A stretch of 64,000 nt of DNA from Trueperaceae bacterium (GCA_034521635.1 JAXHMC010000031.1:62677-126676), one strand, 5' to 3'; shown: positions 1 through 13,195, numbered from the stretch's first letter. Program-made: numbers and translations. The notes: generated by a model from the sequence alone, not told the origin.

Positions 1-399
1 GACGGCAACGCCCTCACCGCGCTCGCCCTAGACCCCGAACGCGACCAGGAAGCGGTCGACGCACTACGCGCGGCGGTTCCCGACATGACCGAACAGCACG
101 CCGACACCCCGCAGCAGGCGCTCGCGGCGATAGGCCGCTCCTGTCACGTCGTGTCGGCCCGGCTCCACGGTCTAATTTTAGGGGCGGTCGCCGAGCGCCC
201 GTTAACCGGCCTGGTCTACGATCCGAAGGTGGCGGCGTTTCTCGGCGCGCTAGGCCGACCGGCCTACGAAGCCCCGTTCGACCTCGGCGCCCTGCTGCGC
301 GACGTGCGGGTCAGCGAACCGCTCGACAGCCACGCACTTACGGCGCTGCACCGCCACGCCGAAGACGGTATCGACTGGCTGCTCCGCACGCTTGTCTAG
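1..399 (+). CDS. 3' fragment of a gene running in from upstream of the window; C-terminal region resembles a polysaccharide pyruvyl transferase (CsaB/PS_pyruv_trans-like)
   Basis: Frame 1 is open from nt 1 to the stop at 399. Motifs SARLHGLILGA and YDPKVAAFLGALG resemble the C-terminus of the pyruvyl-transferase family. The ORF track only reports it from the internal Met at 85. Confidence 0.4.
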   Translation, partial: DGNALTALALDPERDQEAVDALRAAVPDMTEQHADTPQQALAAIGRSCHVVSARLHGLILGAVAERPLTGLVYDPKVAAFLGALGRPAYEAPFDLGALLRDVRVSEPLDSHALTALHRHAEDGIDWLLRTLV

Positions 400-939
400 C
401 ACGAGGCGGTAGCTTCCGAACCCGCGAACGTCACCCGCCGACATCATCTCCCGACATCATTTCCCCGCATCACCCGTCGATATCATCCTATCTACTGGAA
501 TCGTCTACCTACGACGACCTCGCTGGCCGTCACGTATCCGCTACGTGCGCTGTCCGGGACGCTAATACTAAGCTGACTTTGATACGTCACGTCGACCCTG
601 CTGGATAGAAAGCGTTCTGCGGCGCACGTGTTGTGGTGAATACGGGTTCTGGTGGCGGTGCTACGATTTGGATGAATGGACTGGCTCGTGTGGTGACGTA
701 AGCGAGTCGGGATGGTATGACGAGTGACGCTCACGAAGCACCGGAACTCCGGCTCGAGCCCTCCCTCTACCCCACAAACCACGTGACCTATCGCCAAAGA
801 CATCTACCCGACATCCGGCGAGCCGATTCGTGTCTAGAGTGTGTCGGGGCGCCCCCTGCGGCTACTGCTGGGTCACTACCGTGCCGCGCTTCCTATCTCT
901 GTCTCATAGCCACTGCGTAAACTCGGCACTAGGAGCTGT

Positions 940-1839
940 GTGACGACGATGCCGAAAACCCCCCCACAACACGATTCGGTCGCTCGGCAGCCGCGCTGTC
1001 TGCTGCGGGTGTCGCTGTTGATCGCCTTGTTGGGCGCGGGCGCGTTAGCGGCGCAGGTGGGCGCGCCCCAGACCGGACGGCCCGAAACCAGGTCGTTTGG
1101 AGAGATGGAGCAGTTGCTCGCGCAGGGGTTTTACGCGCTCGCGGCGCAGGTCGAGGGGCCGAGGCTCGTCGAGAGCTTTCCCGAAGCGGCGGAGGCACAC
1201 TATCTGTACGCGCGGGCGCTCTACCTGACTGGCGACGTCGCGACGGCGCAGGCCGAACTCGACGTGGCGACGGCGCTAAAGGGTGGGGTAGCGGCGCGTT
1301 ACGAGCAGCTCGCCGGTCTGTTGGCGGCGGCGCGGGGCGAGAGGGCGGCGGCGCAGGCGCATCTGCGGGCGGCGTGGGGGCTCGAGCCCTCCTCCTACTC
1401 TATCGCGATGGATTTGGGCCGGGTCGCGTGGCAGGCGGGCGATTACGACACGGCGCTCGCGGCGTACCGGGCGGCGGCAGACACCGAGGTTGGCTCGAGC
1501 CAACCCTGGCCGCTCCTTAACGGGGCGCGGCTGCTGCTCTACCAAGGCCGTCCGCAGAGCGCGATCGATCTGCTAGAACAGACCCTCGACCTACTCGACG
1601 CGACCGCCCTCGACACGACCTCTCTCGACACGACCTCGGGCGACGCCGCCGCGCAGAGCCCCGCACTCCCGTCGCCCGCCTACACCGAAGCGTTTTACCG
1701 TCTCGGTCAGGCCTACGAAGCGCTCGGCGATCTCGAACAGGCCCGCTCGAACTACGAGGCGGCGAGCTTCGCCGACCCGACCTACGAACCCGCCCGCACC
1801 GCCCGCGAACGCCTGACGCCGGGCCCGTCCCGGCCCTAG
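940..1839 (+). CDS. Secreted tetratricopeptide-repeat (TPR) protein
   Basis: N-terminal hydrophobic signal-like segment (LLRVSLLIALLGAGALAAQ). Ala/Leu/Tyr-rich helical repeats typical of TPR (AHYLYARALYLTGD, AFYRLGQAYEALGD). Confidence 0.55.
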   Translation: MTTMPKTPPQHDSVARQPRCLLRVSLLIALLGAGALAAQVGAPQTGRPETRSFGEMEQLLAQGFYALAAQVEGPRLVESFPEAAEAHYLYARALYLTGDVATAQAELDVATALKGGVAARYEQLAGLLAAARGERAAAQAHLRAAWGLEPSSYSIAMDLGRVAWQAGDYDTALAAYRAAADTEVGSSQPWPLLNGARLLLYQGRPQSAIDLLEQTLDLLDATALDTTSLDTTSGDAAAQSPALPSPAYTEAFYRLGQAYEALGDLEQARSNYEAASFADPTYEPARTARERLTPGPSRP

Positions 1840-2053
1840 GCTCGGCGTTGCAGACCCGAATGCCCGAGCGTACACGTATGCGCCTCCGAAGACGGGAGTG
1901 TAAGCGTTAACACGCTTTGTAACGACAAAATGACGGACGATCTATGATGGACTTTGAGACTGACCGCGCGAACGCCGTAACGCGTTCGGCGAACACCCGA
2001 CACCCTCGTCGCGACCTCGCGACAGGACAGATTGCAGAAAGGATGGTTTTACG

Positions 2054-2725
2054 TTGAGCGTCTCCGACGACACAACCGCTGTCCACAACGCGCTCGACAT
2101 CGTTCCGAGCACGCTCGCCCACGCGCCGAGGCGGCTCGAGCCCGGTGAAATTCTCTACGACGCGGGCCGCGAGGCGAGTTCGCTCTACGTGGTCTCGTCG
2201 GGCGTGCTTAAAGCGATCGTACCGACCTCGCTCGGACGCGACCGGATCGCCGACCTCTACGGTCCCGGCGACGTGTTGGGGGTCGCCGCTGTAGAAGGGG
2301 GCGAGCACGCCGAAACGGTGGTTACGGTGCACACCGCGACCCTTATCCCGCTAGACCCGCAACAGGCGATGAACGACCGCAAACTGCGCCGCTATATCTT
2401 TAGAAGCTTTTCGCGCCAGTTGCGCCGCAGCCGCGAAGCGATCGACGACGCCGAACTCCCGGTCGGGGCGCGTGTGACCCGCACCTTTTTACGGCTTAGC
2501 CGCCGCTTCGGCCAGCGCGCCGAAGACCACGACGGGGTGCGGCTACCGCTCGCGCTCACCCACGAAGACCTCGCCTCGCTCACCGGCAGTTCGCGCGTGA
2601 CCATCACCCGGATCTTAGGCGAGCTGCGCAACAACGGGACGATTTCGGGGACGCGGGGGATCTACATCGTCGATATCAAGGCGTTAGAAGCGGCGACCGA
2701 CGAGTACGTGATGCAGGTTATCTAG
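2054..2725 (+). CDS. Crp/Fnr-family transcriptional regulator
   Basis: cNMP-binding-like beta-roll region (ILYDAGREASSLYVVSSGVLKAI) followed by a C-terminal HTH (LTHEDLASLTGSSRVTITRILGELRNNG). TTG start in the ORF track. Confidence 0.8.
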   Translation: MSVSDDTTAVHNALDIVPSTLAHAPRRLEPGEILYDAGREASSLYVVSSGVLKAIVPTSLGRDRIADLYGPGDVLGVAAVEGGEHAETVVTVHTATLIPLDPQQAMNDRKLRRYIFRSFSRQLRRSREAIDDAELPVGARVTRTFLRLSRRFGQRAEDHDGVRLPLALTHEDLASLTGSSRVTITRILGELRNNGTISGTRGIYIVDIKALEAATDEYVMQVI

Positions 2726-2966
2726 TGGGCCATCCATCCTAAAACAGTACGCGAACGGAAGGTTGCGGAGCCAAAAGGCGGCGCGCGCGGCGCACCCTAC
2801 GAAATCGGAGTTCGCCCGTAGAGTGCGCCATTGCGCACCTAACTTTGAAAAGACATGTCGAGATGTCGGGCGGCGTGGTTCGTGCACCATTTTAGAGTAG
2901 CCAAGTCACTGCGATCCGGATGAATGGTACCAGCTCGCACGGTGACGTAGGCAGGTCGGGACGGTG

Positions 2967-3569
2967 TTATTCGGAGAGCGCGACGAGGTCGGGCCGCAGG
3001 AAGCGGAGTGCGGCGCGCGACCAGGGCTCGAGCCCCCCCAGCCTCGCGGCGACCTCGGCCCACGGCACCAGTTTCCCCGCGAGTGTGTCGGTTTCGCGCA
3101 CCCGCACCGGGTCGGGCGTCCGTACCCGGTAGAGGATACCGGTATGCACCCGCTCGACCGGTGTCTCGCTCCGGTGGATAAGCCCGAGCGCCTCGGCGAA
3201 AAACGCCCCGATAACGAGTTCTTCGCGCAGTTCGCGCGCGAGCCCCGCCTCGATCACGTCGCGGGCGTTAGGGTGTTCGCCGTCGTCGATATGTCCGCCG
3301 ATGCCGACAGACCACTGTCGCTCCAAACGCGTTTCGCGACCCCCCGCTAAGCGCTCGACCAACAACACCGCACCGCCGTGCTCGACCACCGCGTAGGGGA
3401 TAAGCTGCCGCCACGTCTCGTCGTGCTCCACCTCGTCGCGCGGGCGAAAGCTGCCGCCGTACGCGAGCTGTTCGTAGAGCGCCGCCGAGAGCGGTTGCAC
3501 GTCGGGGTGAGGGTCGGGCAACGCCGCCGCCGCGAGGCCGTAGACACGTTCGGACGTATGTTCGGACAT
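2967..3569 (-). CDS. NUDIX hydrolase
   Basis: Nudix box GGHIDDGEHPNARDVIEAGLARELREEL, matching G-x5-E-x7-REUxEExGU. Confidence 0.75.
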   Translation of the reverse strand: MSEHTSERVYGLAAAALPDPHPDVQPLSAALYEQLAYGGSFRPRDEVEHDETWRQLIPYAVVEHGGAVLLVERLAGGRETRLERQWSVGIGGHIDDGEHPNARDVIEAGLARELREELVIGAFFAEALGLIHRSETPVERVHTGILYRVRTPDPVRVRETDTLAGKLVPWAEVAARLGGLEPWSRAALRFLRPDLVALSE

Positions 3570-3838
3570 CGTTCTACGCTATCACGTCTGTCGGCTCGGC
3601 ACAAAAACGCTAGCGACCGCCCCGACCCGCGCGGATGGCAGTCGCTAGCGCGACGTTCGATATCGCGTCAAACACATACCAAACCTAAAAATCATACTTA
3701 ATCCGTAGGGTGCGCCATGCGCACCGGTTCCCCCACCCCGACATATCATCACCCGGACGCACTACCCGGACGTACCACCCCCCGAACGTATCGAGGTTGC
3801 GGCCTAGTCCGGTCGGTCCTAGAGGTCAGCCTTAGAGG

Positions 3839-4636
3839 TTAATCCTGAAGGGCGAAGCGGATCTGGAGCGAGACGCTTACGGCGAGCTGACCGCTTTCGA
3901 CCGGCACGTCCGCCATCATCATGGCTTCGGCGCGGAAGCTCGGCATCGGGCCGCCGCCGCCGCTGGTCGCGGTAATGGTCTGGGCGGGGCCGAGGCTCGA
4001 GCCCACCAACATCGCCAACTGTTCCGCCTTGGCCCGCGCGTCTTCGACCGCGAGCGCCCGCGCCTCTTCTTCTAGCGCCGCCGCGTCGGCGAAGGTGTAG
4101 TTAAGCGCGTTCACCGCGTTCGCGCCCGCCTCGATCGCCCGGCTTAGCACCGCGCCGACCTGTTCGGTGTCGCGCACCGTCACGCGCAGCGTGTTGTCGA
4201 CGCGGTAGCTGCTGCTGCTCGGTCGGCTGCCCGAACCGTCGTAGCGCTCCTCGCGAAACAGATTGAAGTTGGTGGTCTGCAGGTCGGCCCGCTCGATACC
4301 GAGGTCGACGAGGGCGTCGATCACCGCGCGCATCTGCTCGTTCGCCGCCTCGACCGCAGCCCCCGGATCGTCGTTAAGGACGCTCACCCCGAGGTCGACC
4401 CGGGCGATCTGCGGGGCGGCGTAGACCGTTCCGGTACCGTCGACCGTCACGCTGCGCTCGGCACTCTCCTGCGCGAACGCGGCGCCGAGCGTCACCCCGA
4501 CTATTGCGACGCCGACGAGTACGTGGCGCACGAGCCTAAACGTCGCTGCTGTCTTGCCTGTGGCTGTTACTGTGGTTGTCATACGGATCTTAGCTCCTTG
4601 TTTCGACGAATATGTGCTGACGAATGGCTGACGCAA
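3839..4636 (-). CDS. SIMPL/DUF541-domain periplasmic protein (26-kDa periplasmic immunogenic protein family)
   Basis: N-terminal TM/signal segment. Overall SIMPL-domain pattern, with C-terminal ...SGQLAVSVSLQIRFAL. Confidence 0.7.
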   Translation of the reverse strand: MRQPFVSTYSSKQGAKIRMTTTVTATGKTAATFRLVRHVLVGVAIVGVTLGAAFAQESAERSVTVDGTGTVYAAPQIARVDLGVSVLNDDPGAAVEAANEQMRAVIDALVDLGIERADLQTTNFNLFREERYDGSGSRPSSSSYRVDNTLRVTVRDTEQVGAVLSRAIEAGANAVNALNYTFADAAALEEEARALAVEDARAKAEQLAMLVGSSLGPAQTITATSGGGGPMPSFRAEAMMMADVPVESGQLAVSVSLQIRFALQD

Positions 4637-4841
4637 GAGGTTTCGACGACCTTGCCGACCGCTCGGTGTACCGGAAACACGTACCGGGAAATGTGTATCG
4701 AACAGTGTCCGCTAGCGAAAGCGACTGGGAAAGTGCGTCGGTGTCGGAGCTAAGCGTGCGCGCGCGCCAGATGAGAACAATAAGACGACGGTAGGGGATC
4801 GTTTAGACACGAGACTTAGACACGCGACTTAGACACATGAC

Positions 4842-4871
4842 AAAAAAGCGCCGGCCACGGTCGACCGGCGC
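4842..4871 (-). terminator. Intrinsic terminator downstream of the DinB-family gene
   Basis: GC stem GCGCCGG/CCGGCGC (4848-4854 / 4865-4871) with a 10-nt loop. On the minus strand it is followed by a U-run (plus-strand AAAAAA at 4842-4847). It lies 22 nt after the stop of the 4893..5459 gene. Confidence 0.5.
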
Positions 4872-4892
4872 GATTGCAGATGTCGGCGGAGC

Positions 4893-5459
4893 CTATTTGG
4901 CGGCGATAGCGTCTAGCACCCGCCGTGCCTGCCAGAGGTGTCGCCGTTCGTGGGCGAGCACCAGCGAAAACGCTTCGTAGAGATCGAGGCGTAGCCAGCG
5001 GGTGAGGGGCGAGTGCAGCGTGATGCGGTTTAGGTCGAGGCCGTCGGCCTTCGCGAGCCGCTCGTGTAGCGCCGCTTGCAGATCGTCGAACTCGCGCCGA
5101 ATCTCGTCCGGGTCGAGGTCGGGTGCGGGTGTCCAGCGGCCCGGCGCACCGACGCGCATCCGCACCGGCGGCTCGGTGAGCCGGATAAAGGTGCCGCCGA
5201 TAAGCCCGTAGCGAAACGGCCCCGACCCGCAGATGTCTTGTTCGTGGCCGCGTGCGGTCGCCTTGTCGATCTCGGCGAGATAGTCGTGCCCGGTCACGTT
5301 AAGGTGGGTGAGGCACTCGCTCACCGACCACTGCCCCGGTGCCGGTCGCTCTAAAAACTCGGCGTCCGAGAGGGGAGCGATCAGGGCTCGAGCCTCGTCC
5401 CAAATCTCGTTTAGCTGCCGCGCGAGCTGCTCGGTCGTCGTCGTCGCGATCACCGTCAC
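4893..5459 (-). CDS. DinB/YfiT-like (DinB_2) metal-dependent hydrolase family protein
   Basis: WSVSECLTHL...HDYL and C-terminal LAHERRHLWQARRVL, matching the His-triad pattern of the DinB_2 family. Confidence 0.65.
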   Translation of the reverse strand: MTVIATTTTEQLARQLNEIWDEARALIAPLSDAEFLERPAPGQWSVSECLTHLNVTGHDYLAEIDKATARGHEQDICGSGPFRYGLIGGTFIRLTEPPVRMRVGAPGRWTPAPDLDPDEIRREFDDLQAALHERLAKADGLDLNRITLHSPLTRWLRLDLYEAFSLVLAHERRHLWQARRVLDAIAAK

Positions 5460-5521
5460 GCGATCACCGTCACTGTGCCGCGCCCCTAAGCGCCCGGTCG
5501 GCTAGTCGGTTCGTCGAGTGG

Positions 5522-7099
5522 TTAGTCGAACAGCGACGCAACGTCTACCTCGCCCTGGGGCTCGACGTAGCCGGTATCCATCTGCGCGAGCTGGAGCCGC
5601 CCGCTGTGGTCGTCGTTGACGCCGTGCCAGTAGGTGTAGGCTTCTAGCACCCAGATACCGCTCTCGCGGGTGCCGTTCCCCGACCCCTTGACGCCGCCGA
5701 AGGGCATGTGCGCCTCGGCGCCGGAGGTGGTGTTGTTGATCGAGCTCATACCCGCTTCGATCTGGTCTTTGAACTGGTGGGCGTACTCGCGGCTGTTGGT
5801 GTAGATCGCGCTCGACAGCCCGTAATCGACCGCGTTGGCGGTGTCTAGCGCGTCCTGGATGCCGTTGACGCGCACCAGGTTGATGGTCGGCCCGAAGATC
5901 TCCTGCTGGAACTGCCGCATCTCTGGGGTCACGTTTTCCCAGATGGTCGGCCAGCCGTAAAAGGCCGCGTCCGGGTCGCCCTCGAAACCGGTCGGCTTGC
6001 TGTCGGCGGTAATGCGCCCGTTGCCGTACAGGAGCGAGGCGCCGTCTTCGCGGCCCCAGTCGTAGTGCTCGAGCCACTTGTCGAAAAACCGCTCGTTGAT
6101 AAACGGCCCGTACAGCACGTCCTCGACCTGGCCGGGGTCGCCGATCCGCAGGTCGCGCGTCGCCGCTAAGAAGCGCTCTTTAAATTCGTCGTAGATAGGC
6201 TCGTCGATAATAAAGTTGCCCGCACTCGTACAGCGCTGACCGCCGGTGCCGAACGCCGAAAAGATCGCCCCGCTCACCGCGTTGTCTAGGTCGGCGTCGC
6301 GCATGATGATGAGCGGGTTTTTGCCGCCTAGTTCTAGGGTCGGGTGGAGCAGGTTACGCCCCGCGATCGCCCCGATCGTGCGCCCGACCGCCGTCGAGCC
6401 GGTAAAGGCGAACTTGTTAAGCAGTCCCTCGTCCATCATCTCGACCAGATACTGCCCCGCTGCGTCGCCGCCGCCCCCAAACACCAGGTTGACCACGCCC
6501 GCCGGGATGCCCGCCTCGTCGATCAGCTTGGCGAACGCGTAGGCGATGGCCGGCGCGTCTTCGGACGGCTTCCAGACGATGGTGTTGCCGGTAACGAGCG
6601 CCGGGATAATCTTCCAGCTCGGCACCGCCATCGGAAAGTTGCCCGCCGTGACCATGCCGACCACGCCGAGCGGACGCCGGTAGGTGGTGAGCTCTTTGTT
6701 CGGCATTTCCGACGGCACGGTCTGCCCGTAGAGCCGCCGCCCCTCGGACTGGAAGAAGTGACAGGTATCGACGGCCTCCTGCACCTCGCCCCGCGCCTCC
6801 TTGAGCGTCTTTCCCATCTCGCGGCTTAGCAGCCGGCTCAGCGACTCTTTTTCGCGCTCTATGGCTACGCCGAGGCTACCGATAAGCTGACCGCGAACCG
6901 GGGCCGGCACCTTCGACCAGCTTTTAAACGCGCTCTGCGCCGCCTCGCACGCCTCGCGGACCTGTGCCTTGCTCGCTTCGGGAAAGACGCCTAAGACGTC
7001 GCTGTGGTTGCTAGAATTGCGCGACTCGAAGGTGCTGTCGCTCGTGACCTCGCGGCCACCGATAAGGTTGGGGTACTGACGTGTTGCTGTCTGGGTCAT
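5522..7099 (-). CDS. NAD(P)-dependent aldehyde dehydrogenase
   Basis: ALDH motifs FTGSTAVGRTI, catalytic ELGGKNP and Cys motif GQRCTS. 525 aa. Confidence 0.9.
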   Translation of the reverse strand: MTQTATRQYPNLIGGREVTSDSTFESRNSSNHSDVLGVFPEASKAQVREACEAAQSAFKSWSKVPAPVRGQLIGSLGVAIEREKESLSRLLSREMGKTLKEARGEVQEAVDTCHFFQSEGRRLYGQTVPSEMPNKELTTYRRPLGVVGMVTAGNFPMAVPSWKIIPALVTGNTIVWKPSEDAPAIAYAFAKLIDEAGIPAGVVNLVFGGGGDAAGQYLVEMMDEGLLNKFAFTGSTAVGRTIGAIAGRNLLHPTLELGGKNPLIIMRDADLDNAVSGAIFSAFGTGGQRCTSAGNFIIDEPIYDEFKERFLAATRDLRIGDPGQVEDVLYGPFINERFFDKWLEHYDWGREDGASLLYGNGRITADSKPTGFEGDPDAAFYGWPTIWENVTPEMRQFQQEIFGPTINLVRVNGIQDALDTANAVDYGLSSAIYTNSREYAHQFKDQIEAGMSSINNTTSGAEAHMPFGGVKGSGNGTRESGIWVLEAYTYWHGVNDDHSGRLQLAQMDTGYVEPQGEVDVASLFD

Positions 7100-7364
7100 A
7101 AAAACGTGACCTCCTTATGTCTAGAGATAAAAAGATGGTTACGACGAGACGCCCTAAGCCTATGCTACGGGCGAAACGTGGTCGGTAGTTTCAGTATGAC
7201 GGCTGCGCGTAATCGACGATGTCATCTTACGTCGTGGTGTCAAACCTGGGTGTTAAACCGTGGTGTTAAGTCGTGGTGGCGGAGCAGCCGACGCTAGCGC
7301 TGCCGAGAACGCCCGAGCCGGAGCAGCCGGGCAGGAAAAACGGAGACAGCGGATGATGTACATT

Positions 7365-10358
<2,994 letters not shown>

Positions 10359-10475
10359 AGCACGTGCTAACAGCTAACTCAAATTGTCAAGGTTCTCGTC
10401 TCTACAGGTTGCCGGCTTAACCAGTACCAGCTCTAGAGACTTGGGCGCTACCAAGGTTACAAAAGGCCGGTACGC
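10359..10475 (-). promoter_or_regulatory. Putative CRISPR leader / promoter region
   Basis: A 117-bp AT-richer (~50% GC) spacer between the cas7 stop and the first repeat in the transcription direction. Confidence 0.5.
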
Positions 10476-11372
10476 CTACCCCTCGGTAAGCGTTTGAAGC
10501 GTGACTCCTTCGGGCAAGTCGCTCGGCACCGTTACGGTGTAGTCACTAAACGCACGCGGCGGGGCGTTTCCGTCTTTTAGATCGACGGTAACCTGGTCAA
10601 AAAGCTTGTGGGCGGGCGCGTTGCCTAGCTTGCTGTTGTGCGAAAACACGTAGAGTCCTCGGCACGCCGTTAGACCCCGTGTTGCCGAGCGGTCGAGATC
10701 CCACATCTGCTGTAGCGACTGCCAGAAAAGTGCAAGGTCGTCGCCGTCAAAGCCGGTGTCTTCGCCAAAGGTCGGCACGAAGAAGCCGTATGCTCGGTAG
10801 AGGCCGTACGGAACATACGCCTTGCGGCCCATCGTGCCAACACTCTGCCCGCTCTCGTCATCGTCGCGCTTCTCGTCTTTTTTCGTGATCGCCATCCGCG
10901 TAATCGCGATGTCAAGACCTAAGATCGGGCTGATCGAACGAGCGAAGGTCATCTGGATAGGGCCACGAACCTGGCCGCAGTTGACCTCAGTGGTCATGAG
11001 CGCGCCAAAGGTGCGGATGTCGTAAAAGTTGTTGCACATCCACTGACGCACCTTTTTGACGTCGTCGGCGGGCTGCTTGGTGCCTTTGGGTTTGATGCCC
11101 TCGGCTTCGTAGGCGCGCCGGTTGCGCTCGTTTAGCACGGCGCCTTGCTGGACGTAAATCTTGTAGCGCTCTTCGGTGCCTTTGAACGCGTCTACAAAGT
11201 TGCGAACCTTGCGCTTCAGCGAGACGTCGGTGACGATGCCGTGGCGCGTTTCGGGGTCGACGCGGGGCAAGTTGCCTGCGTCGGGGTCGCCGTTGGGGTT
11301 GCCGTCGGTGACGTCAAAGAGCAACACGAAGTCGTGGCGGAGGGTCGGGTCGAGGTGCTTTTCGGTAGCCAT
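10476..11372 (-). CDS. cas7: Type I-C Cas7 (Csd2/DevR family) Cascade backbone subunit
   Basis: Hallmark VTDGNPNGDPDAGN motif near the N-terminus. 298 aa. Sits immediately upstream of the array. Confidence 0.9.
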   Translation of the reverse strand: MATEKHLDPTLRHDFVLLFDVTDGNPNGDPDAGNLPRVDPETRHGIVTDVSLKRKVRNFVDAFKGTEERYKIYVQQGAVLNERNRRAYEAEGIKPKGTKQPADDVKKVRQWMCNNFYDIRTFGALMTTEVNCGQVRGPIQMTFARSISPILGLDIAITRMAITKKDEKRDDDESGQSVGTMGRKAYVPYGLYRAYGFFVPTFGEDTGFDGDDLALFWQSLQQMWDLDRSATRGLTACRGLYVFSHNSKLGNAPAHKLFDQVTVDLKDGNAPPRAFSDYTVTVPSDLPEGVTLQTLTEG

Positions 11373-13195
11373 TACTGTTCTCCTTGTGTGGCGAGTTCGC
11401 CGTCGGAATCCGATTCGGTCTGTTCGCGGGCGTCTTTAGCGCGTTTGCGCTCCATAATGCCTTCCCAAAAGTCGGCCTTTTCGTGGTAGAAGCCGAGGCT
11501 AAACAGCGCCTGGCTCTTAACGTCGAAGGTCGCGGGGACGTCGCTGACGTGGCTGAGAATCTCTTGCAGACGCTTGTCGGCGTTTCTAAAAGCGCCCTCA
11601 CCCTTTTCCTTGCGGATTTTGCTGAGGTGATTGGTGGCACCTTGCATCAACCGGCCAAAGACGGACGCAGGGGCGGTACTAAACGAGCCGTAGAAGCGGT
11701 CGATGACGCCTGCTTTGACGTTGCCGAGGGCGTTACTCTGAATCGCGTCGAGCGCAGCGAGCAGCCGTCCTAAGTGATACGCGGTTTCGGGGCGGTCACG
11801 AACAAGTTTTTCCATACCGGTGTAGTCCTCTCCTGATCGAGCGTTAGATAGAAGCACCATCTTGGTCAGCGTCGCTCGGGGTCGTGTGACCGTTTGTGAT
11901 GCGCGGTTGCGAGCGACGAGTTGAGACAGAAACGCCCACGGCAGCGGCGTTCCTTTTAGAGCGTGAGCGAGAATCGCTACAGGGACGCTCTTAACCATCT
12001 CCTTTGTGGCGTCGCGGTAAAGACTCGCGGCGAGTGCGTAGATGCCGAAGGGTTCACCAGGGTTGCCCTCCCAATCGACAAGCGTTTGGCTAGCGAAGTA
12101 GCGCTCTAGGTGACGGATAAGCTCAGCGATCGTGAGCTGAATCTGATCGCGAACCACCACGCGGCTACCGCTTGCCGACAGACTTGCGGCGAAAAAGTCG
12201 CTCTGGCGGTCTTTGGCACCTCCGAAATAGCGCCCCACCCACGCAGACGACAAGAGTTTGCGGGCTTGTTCGGGATACGTGCTGCTTTTGTGGGGTACGT
12301 CGCGGCCCTCGATCAGGTCGAGTAGGGCGTTGCCTGGGTCGTTAAGTAGAGGCGCAACGCTCGGTACGTCTTCGTCTTTGGTCCAGAAGACATAGACGAC
12401 GTCACCGATACGCAGGTGAGTGTCTTTTTCGGTAAGGAGGGTGTTTAGGGCGTTGGCGTACTTCTCGGCGTATTCGCGCTTGATCGGGGCGATCTGCGAG
12501 GCTTTAAGACCGTAGGACTCGTAGGCGCTTTCGTTCGCAGAGATGATGTTCATCCCGCTTGGCTGGCCGTTTGGGATGCGGGTGCCTTTAATTTTGACCG
12601 GTTCGCGGTCCATCACGACGGTGCGCTCACCAGAGAGCAGACACTCCGCTTCTAAAGCTCCCTTTTTAGCTTTTTGGACCTCTTTGTTGCGCTCTTTCCA
12701 AAAAGACTTCACTTTGGGCAACTCAAAAGGCAGTTCACCGTCGACGACGAAGGAAACGTTGTCTTCGGGCTTAAAGTCATCCGGCAGGTCCATCTTAGAC
12801 GGTTCGTGCGTTTCTAAGAACTTAGCGACGGCCTGCACCTGGGACAGACCGGTGTCTTTGGCGCACGTCTCGACGAGGTCTTTGTAGGCTTGATGGCGTT
12901 TAGCAACCTGTTCAGGCTTAGCGCCTTCGCGTTCAATACCCAGAGTGTACTCTGCATTGTCGGCAAAGAGCTTCGGACGGATGGTCTGGCCCGAACGCAT
13001 CACGCTCGGAGCCTGAAAGATTTTGGCGCGGTCGTTCTCGCCGCTCGTGCTTTCGGGCATACCCTGCAAATTTCCCGAACCGTCTAACGGGATAAGCCAG
13101 TGAATCGTGACCGGTTGATAGCCTGTCGGCAGCGTGTCGCCTTCCTGCTCTCGTTCGCGCTGCTTAGCGTAATCGACAAGTGCTTTTAAAAGCAT
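11372..13195 (-). CDS. cas8c: Type I-C Cas8c (Csd1) large subunit
   Basis: 607-aa protein between cas5 and cas7 in the canonical I-C order. Overlaps its neighbours by 1-4 nt (operon). Confidence 0.8.
   Translation of the reverse strand: MLLKALVDYAKQREREQEGDTLPTGYQPVTIHWLIPLDGSGNLQGMPESTSGENDRAKIFQAPSVMRSGQTIRPKLFADNAEYTLGIEREGAKPEQVAKRHQAYKDLVETCAKDTGLSQVQAVAKFLETHEPSKMDLPDDFKPEDNVSFVVDGELPFELPKVKSFWKERNKEVQKAKKGALEAECLLSGERTVVMDREPVKIKGTRIPNGQPSGMNIISANESAYESYGLKASQIAPIKREYAEKYANALNTLLTEKDTHLRIGDVVYVFWTKDEDVPSVAPLLNDPGNALLDLIEGRDVPHKSSTYPEQARKLLSSAWVGRYFGGAKDRQSDFFAASLSASGSRVVVRDQIQLTIAELIRHLERYFASQTLVDWEGNPGEPFGIYALAASLYRDATKEMVKSVPVAILAHALKGTPLPWAFLSQLVARNRASQTVTRPRATLTKMVLLSNARSGEDYTGMEKLVRDRPETAYHLGRLLAALDAIQSNALGNVKAGVIDRFYGSFSTAPASVFGRLMQGATNHLSKIRKEKGEGAFRNADKRLQEILSHVSDVPATFDVKSQALFSLGFYHEKADFWEGIMERKRAKDAREQTESDSDGELATQGEQ

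Noticed and set aside
3611-3653. 10-bp-stem hairpin CGCTAGCGAC...GTCGCTAGCG downstream of the SIMPL-domain gene
   Set aside because: Could be a terminator, but it has a 22-nt loop and no U-run, so it is not called as a feature.
5502-6829. Long Arg/Pro-rich ORFs antisense to, or overlapping, the aldehyde dehydrogenase gene
   Set aside because: Typical high-GC antisense open frames. Arg/Pro/Ala-biased composition and no motifs.
10359-10475. Looked for cas4/cas1/cas2 between cas7 and the array and elsewhere in the window
   Set aside because: Only 117 bp of non-coding DNA there, and no ORF elsewhere in the 64 kb has Cas1/Cas2/Cas4 features.
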